Shown piece after piece: positions 59,173 through 64,000 of a DNA stretch of 64,000 bases. The stretch comes from Verrucomicrobiaceae bacterium (GTDB lineage Bacteria; Verrucomicrobiota; Verrucomicrobiia; Verrucomicrobiales; Akkermansiaceae), in contig JBPOGH010000003.1 in NCBI GenBank assembly GCA_051252135.1, positions 1-64,000 on the forward strand. The letters run 5' to 3'. The position numbers and the translations under genes are program-made. Positions within the stretch are counted from its first letter, which is position 1. Each line of letters opens with the position of its first letter. The notes beneath the pieces were generated by a model. It saw nothing but the letters and a program-made list of their open reading frames with translations, had not been told where the DNA came from and did not search any database.

Positions 59173-60201
59173 ATGAAAAACTACGTTAATAAAACTACGA
59201 AATTATTCGCCACTTCGGCGATCTCACTTGCACTCGGAGGCGCTGCCCAGGCAGCCGTTTGGACCGGTGCTGGTGTTGGAAACGAATACTCCACCGCAGC
59301 GAACTGGGACGACAACTCCGCCCCCTCCTCCGGGAGCACACAGGACATCAACAGTGCCGTCACCGTTGATCGCACCGTAGACAGCACCGCTGGCCGTACT
59401 TTCATCTCCGGAGGAGCAGTCGTGAACATCGGAAGCGGAACTCACAGCGATAATACTTCAGGTGCCGGAATCAGAAATTTCTTGGGACGAGGCAGTGATG
59501 GCACCGTCAACCAGTCCGGTGGAGACTACAATATCGGACACATGCTTTCGATCGGGGGCGGTGGTGCTAGCGGCAACGGAATCTATAATCTGACCGGTGG
59601 CACTCTGAACCTGTCCCGTGGTTCCGATTCGATCATCGATGGCTCAAACCCCCATGGTCGCCCTTCTCTTGAAGTCAGTGATGAGGAAAACGCCGGTTCG
59701 GGTCTCTTCGAAATCTCAGGCGGTTCCCTGATCACGCGATTTGCTGCAGGAGTCGGAAGCACCGGCACCTTTAGCGTCGTGGGTTCAGCATCCACGATTG
59801 ACATTGGCAACCTCACCAACGGAAGCGGAGATTGGCTCCAACAAGCCGGCGGCACGATCAAAGCAACTGTCGACCTCGGTGGCCTGACCCCCATTCGTAT
59901 TAATGACTTGGCTGCTTCCGGTTCCGTCCTTGCTGAATTTAAGTCGGGCGCGCTCCTTGAAATGGATTTCAACGTCACTCCCTACCCTGGTTCTTGGACT
60001 GTTCTGCAAGCCGAAGGCACCGACATCCTGGACGGCGGACTCGCGCTTACGGGCTCCACGCCTGCCGGCTGGTCCTTCAACGTGGACAACAGCGGAGCGA
60101 ACGGACTCCTGATCGCTACCTATGTTCCCGAGCCAAGCGCCTTCACGCTTCTCTCGCTGAGCCTTGGTTCACTGATCATGCTTCGCCGCCGCGCCAAGTA
60201 A
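59173..60201 (+). CDS. PEP-CTERM sorting domain protein with Gly-rich beta-helix-like repeats
   Basis: AQA signal; GTVNQSGG / GIYNLTGG / FEISGG repeats; VPEPSAFTLLSLSLGSLIMLRRRAK. Confidence 0.93.
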   Translation: MKNYVNKTTKLFATSAISLALGGAAQAAVWTGAGVGNEYSTAANWDDNSAPSSGSTQDINSAVTVDRTVDSTAGRTFISGGAVVNIGSGTHSDNTSGAGIRNFLGRGSDGTVNQSGGDYNIGHMLSIGGGGASGNGIYNLTGGTLNLSRGSDSIIDGSNPHGRPSLEVSDEENAGSGLFEISGGSLITRFAAGVGSTGTFSVVGSASTIDIGNLTNGSGDWLQQAGGTIKATVDLGGLTPIRINDLAASGSVLAEFKSGALLEMDFNVTPYPGSWTVLQAEGTDILDGGLALTGSTPAGWSFNVDNSGANGLLIATYVPEPSAFTLLSLSLGSLIMLRRRAK

Positions 60202-60243
60202 AATCACTCCATCTCGATCGACTGCACCTGCAGTCTTTCATGC

Positions 60244-60274
60244 AAAAGGATGCCTCCGGGGCATCCTTTTTTTT
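60244..60274. terminator. Bidirectional intrinsic terminator
   Basis: AAAAGGATGCC..GGCATCCTTTTTTTT between convergent genes. Confidence 0.85.
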
Positions 60275-60292
60275 GTCCCTGTCTCGCAGCCT

Positions 60293-61831
60293 TTAAAATT
60301 GAAACGCCACCGCCTCCCGATCATTCCGGACCAAAAGGATCCGCCCCGCCAATGCCGGATGATTCCACGTCCGCTGATCCAGGGCCTCGAATTCCAGCAC
60401 CACCTTCTCGCCCTCCGGGCTCAACTCAAGAATCGAAACCTCACCCTGCTCACCTTGGATGATCACATGCCCCCCCACCCCCAGCAGTTGCCCGTGCCCG
60501 AAATTACTCCCCCGCCATTGCGCACTCCCATCCTCAAGATCCAGACAAACCAACCGCCCGTCATTCAAGCCATAGAGATAATCACCCCTCACCACCATGT
60601 CCGCAAATTTCGCTTTCAGCTTCCGGCTGTGCCACAACTCCTTCGCCTCGTATCCATCACCCGCCTTGCTGATCTCAATCCGATGGGTTCCGTAGCCATA
60701 CCCGCTGCTCGTAATCACCGTGTCCCCGACAATCAGGGGTGACGCACAATTCCCCTGCGGATTCCCAATCGGAAACGACCATAAAATCTCCCCGCTCGCC
60801 ACCTCGTAGCCATCCACCGACTTCTGCTGAAACATCACAATCTGCCGCTTCCCCGCCAACTCCGCCACCACCGGCGAGGCATACGATGAACTGTAATCTC
60901 CCGCCCGCCACACCAAGTCACCTGTGGAAACAGCGAAAGCCGCCAGATTCTTCTCCGCCTCTTTCCCCAGCGTCACAATCACCATCCCGTCCACCACCAG
61001 CGGGCTACAGCTCTTTGCCCACGTCGGCACCGTCTGAGCAAACTCAGCCAGGACATTCTTCCCCCAAATCACCTCACCCGTCCGCGCATCAAGACAATTC
61101 AAAATCCCCGTCGCCCCCAGCGAAAACACCTTCCCCTCACTCACCGTCGGAGTCGATCGCGGCCCGTCGTCACCCATCGATTCCTCAAAGCGCACATCCT
61201 CCTCGTGCACCCACACCGCATTCCCCGTCATCAACTCATAACAAATCGTCGTCTCCACCGCGCCCCGCTGCTCCATCGTGTAGGCATAACCGCCCGCCAC
61301 CGAAAACGCCGACCACCCCTCACCAATCTTCTTTCGCCAAAGCTCCTTCGGCTTCGAACCATACCACCCCCCGGGCAACAAATCCCCCGGCACCCAATTC
61401 CTCATCTCCGCTCCCAGAAGTCGCGGAAAATTCTCCTGCCCCTCCGTCTCGATCACCGTCCCCTCGTCCGCCACTGTTCCCGTCAACTCGGGAATCTCCG
61501 TCGCCGACTCCTTCGACCACCGCCAGGAAAACTGGGGGAAAAAACTCCCCGTATGACCATCCATTTTCACCAGGCCAAGCAGCACCGCCGCCACCGCGGC
61601 CCCCATCAGACGCACCTTCCACCGGAGCCGACTCAGCAAAAGCAGCCAAATCAGAAAAACCCCCACCATCAAAATCACCAACAACAAATCAATCGCTCCA
61701 CCCGCTCCCCTCTCCTCCAAACTCGGAACCTTCTTCAACACCACCCACCCCAGAACCAGGATCACCTGTACCCACACCAGCAACTTCCATCGTGGCCGCT
61801 TTCTAACAGTCAATTGGGCTCTTTCACTCAT
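60293..61831 (-). CDS. Membrane-anchored PQQ-binding-like beta-propeller protein
   Basis: Three N-terminal hydrophobic segments; GPRSTP; SYASP; WNHPAL. Confidence 0.85.
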   Translation of the reverse strand: MSERAQLTVRKRPRWKLLVWVQVILVLGWVVLKKVPSLEERGAGGAIDLLLVILMVGVFLIWLLLLSRLRWKVRLMGAAVAAVLLGLVKMDGHTGSFFPQFSWRWSKESATEIPELTGTVADEGTVIETEGQENFPRLLGAEMRNWVPGDLLPGGWYGSKPKELWRKKIGEGWSAFSVAGGYAYTMEQRGAVETTICYELMTGNAVWVHEEDVRFEESMGDDGPRSTPTVSEGKVFSLGATGILNCLDARTGEVIWGKNVLAEFAQTVPTWAKSCSPLVVDGMVIVTLGKEAEKNLAAFAVSTGDLVWRAGDYSSSYASPVVAELAGKRQIVMFQQKSVDGYEVASGEILWSFPIGNPQGNCASPLIVGDTVITSSGYGYGTHRIEISKAGDGYEAKELWHSRKLKAKFADMVVRGDYLYGLNDGRLVCLDLEDGSAQWRGSNFGHGQLLGVGGHVIIQGEQGEVSILELSPEGEKVVLEFEALDQRTWNHPALAGRILLVRNDREAVAFQF

Positions 61832-61944
61832 ACCACACCCTAGAAGCCCGCCGTCCCCGGCTCAAGCCCGGGAACGACAACTTCGCTTCGGATCTCCCGC
61901 GGAACCTCAATCTTTCCCGCTCGCGGCATCACTTCCCGCCCCCC

Positions 61945-64000
61945 TCACTCCGCCTTTGGCATCGACCTGATATGAATATCCGTCTGCGGGAAGGCGATCT
62001 CGATTTCCGCCTCACGGAAGGCCTCATCAATCAGGAAATGCAACTCGCTCTGCGAGGAAATCAGAACCTCCACATTGGGCACATACCCCCTGAGCTGGAA
62101 ATCCAGAGAGCTCGCCCCAAAGGCCGTGAAAAGAACCTGGGGACTCGGGTCCATCAACACCTGGGGGTGATTCTTCGCAATCTCAAAAAGGATACTCTTC
62201 GCCTTTTCAGTATCGGACCCGTAGGCGATCCCGACATTAACCTCGAACCGTAAAATACTGTCCTTAAGAGTCCAGTTCACGAGCTGCCCGGTGATGAACT
62301 CCTTGTTCGGCACCACCAGCTCGCGGTTGTCGAATTGCTGGATCGTGGTCGCCCGAATCTTGATCTGTGTCACCTTGCCGGAAACATCACCCACCGTGAC
62401 GACATCGCCCAAACGAATCGGCCGTTCAAAGAGCAAAATAATTCCCGCCACAAAATTCGCAAAAATCTCCTGCAACCCAAATCCAATCCCCAGGGTAATG
62501 GCGGCCGCGAGCCATTGCACACTCGACCAGGTGATTCCTATCTTATCCAACGCCACCACCAGCCCGATCACCACAATGAGATAGCGCAGCACCGTCGTGA
62601 TCGCATAATTCCCCCCGGGTTCCAGCTTGAGACGGTTCAAAAGACCGAGCTCCAACAACCCGGGAATGTTCCGGGCCGCGATGTAGGTCAGGAACAGAAT
62701 CACCAGCGATCCCAAAAGATCCTGCAGGCTCACCCGATCATCGGCAGGCATCGCGGTTTCCTTCGTCTTATCCGCTTCCTTCGGCTCTTCCTCACTCTTC
62801 TTCCCCGTGAGTGTCTCGGTGAGTTCAGCTCCCGCCGCAGGCGCCTTCTCCACCGACTCACCGCTCCCCTCCCAGATCGTGACACTGTCGAGAATCGAGA
62901 GCGCAGGAGTCGAAGCCGACCAAATATTCCACAATCCCAAAGCCACAAAGACCGCAATCCCCACCCGCACCAACCGCGTCGTCTGCTCTTCCACCACCAC
63001 CACATCCACCGCGCTGCGCTCCAGTTCCTCGATCGAGGGAAGCTCCTTCACCGCGCCCTCACCTCCCTTGCTCTTCTTTTTCGCAGCACGCGATGCTTCG
63101 TATTTCGCAATCACCTGCTGGCGCCTCAACTTCCGCTTGGAAATGAGAATCCAACGGATGAAACACTTGCTCACGAAAAGGCTCGTCAGAATCATCCAGA
63201 TGGAAACCAGCGTCTGCATCCGCACCGTTTTGACCGAACTGATGTATCCCAGACTCGTCCCGATGATAAACGCCAACGGAATCCCCACCCCGATCAGATA
63301 GGCCGCTTTCGGAATGAAGGACGACTTCCCTTTTTGGGCAATCAACCCGTGGCTCGGCTTCAGCAAAACGTGGGCAAAGATCAGCGCCACAATCAACAGG
63401 GCAATGAATGTCAGCCTCCCCGCCTGGGGATACTGGGGTGTCGCCGGAAGCGCCGACGTCAGGATAATCAAGGCAGGCATCGCACAAAAGAACCACCGCA
63501 AATGGCGCAACAAGTGGGCTGCCCGCTTCTTATCGATCCCAAAATGCGCAGTCAGCAATCCACGCGGACGGGCGATCGTCTTAAAGGCACCCACCATCCC
63601 CAGAAAAAACGCGCAATCTTGCAGCCCTCCTTTGATTCCAAGGGGCGACTCAATCCGATAACTCAAAAACCCCACCAAAAGCGGGAACGGAAGAACCAGA
63701 AAAAAGGTAAACCAAAGCGCCTTCGTCGTCGGAAGAATACTGATACAGTTCCGCTTTTCCGCTTCCAACCCCGCCGCCTCCAGTGCCTTCTTGTAGGACC
63801 TCCGCCGCAAGAGCAACACGAGGAAAAACCCCGCCACAAGCACATACCACAGCGGGTAACTCCGGGCATCCTCGACAAGTTTGTCCCACCAAAGACCGAC
63901 CCCTTTCGACGAAAAAAGCGTCTGGTAGGCGCTCAGCTCAACCGACACATCACTCGCCTTAAGAACCGGCGCACTCGCAATCCATAAAAGCCTCTTATCG
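61945..64000 (-). CDS. MscS family (MscK-like) mechanosensitive channel, 5'-truncated by the window edge
   Basis: LGIGFGLQEIFANFVAGIILLFERPIRLGD; VPNKEFIT; VGIAYGSD; IAFPQ; frame stays open to 64000. Confidence 0.95.
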   Translation of the reverse strand, partial: DKRLLWIASAPVLKASDVSVELSAYQTLFSSKGVGLWWDKLVEDARSYPLWYVLVAGFFLVLLLRRRSYKKALEAAGLEAEKRNCISILPTTKALWFTFFLVLPFPLLVGFLSYRIESPLGIKGGLQDCAFFLGMVGAFKTIARPRGLLTAHFGIDKKRAAHLLRHLRWFFCAMPALIILTSALPATPQYPQAGRLTFIALLIVALIFAHVLLKPSHGLIAQKGKSSFIPKAAYLIGVGIPLAFIIGTSLGYISSVKTVRMQTLVSIWMILTSLFVSKCFIRWILISKRKLRRQQVIAKYEASRAAKKKSKGGEGAVKELPSIEELERSAVDVVVVEEQTTRLVRVGIAVFVALGLWNIWSASTPALSILDSVTIWEGSGESVEKAPAAGAELTETLTGKKSEEEPKEADKTKETAMPADDRVSLQDLLGSLVILFLTYIAARNIPGLLELGLLNRLKLEPGGNYAITTVLRYLIVVIGLVVALDKIGITWSSVQWLAAAITLGIGFGLQEIFANFVAGIILLFERPIRLGDVVTVGDVSGKVTQIKIRATTIQQFDNRELVVPNKEFITGQLVNWTLKDSILRFEVNVGIAYGSDTEKAKSILFEIAKNHPQVLMDPSPQVLFTAFGASSLDFQLRGYVPNVEVLISSQSELHFLIDEAFREAEIEIAFPQTDIHIRSMPKAE

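Noticed and set aside
138..63987. Many long Pro/Arg/His/Ser-rich or Gly/Val/Glu-rich alternative ORFs (e.g. 138-1295, 6436-7665, 30218-31762, 42516-44330, 62335-63987)
   Set aside because: Shadow frames of well-supported genes, kept open by high GC and strand skew; no recognisable motifs
1..64000. CRISPR array, prophage, defence or toxin-antitoxin genes
   Set aside because: No regularly spaced repeats or recognisable proteins of these classes

Overview
Bacterial chromosomal window, most likely a marine Verrucomicrobiota (inferred from six PEP-CTERM genes, four Cys-type sulfatases, lamin-tail/CotH proteins and PQQ-like propellers; no database search was possible). It holds about 40 supportable CDSs, one tRNA-Gly(GCC), a housekeeping block (nrdR, HIT protein, pgsA, nagA), a YtrA-type GntR/ABC operon with a palindromic operator, and a probable fucoidan/sulfated-glycan locus (GH107-motif enzyme, four sulfatases, a beta-propeller glycosidase, an O-acetylesterase). 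That locus carries rearrangement scars: a 167-bp duplicated sulfatase 3' end and a 253-bp IS4-like MITE. The most striking pattern occurs twice, with two unrelated domain families: a small PEP-CTERM gene, then a hairpin+T-tract, then a large secreted enzyme whose N-terminal domain is a clear paralog of that adjacent PEP-CTERM protein (9350-14020; 27496-31680). Five large secreted proteins also end in a shared 'SxDLxxW...F/YxR'-type C-terminal module that may be a second sorting signal. The + strand is extremely C-rich regardless of gene orientation, except in discrete blocks. Start codons were re-chosen by eye from signal peptides, and similarities were judged by eye.
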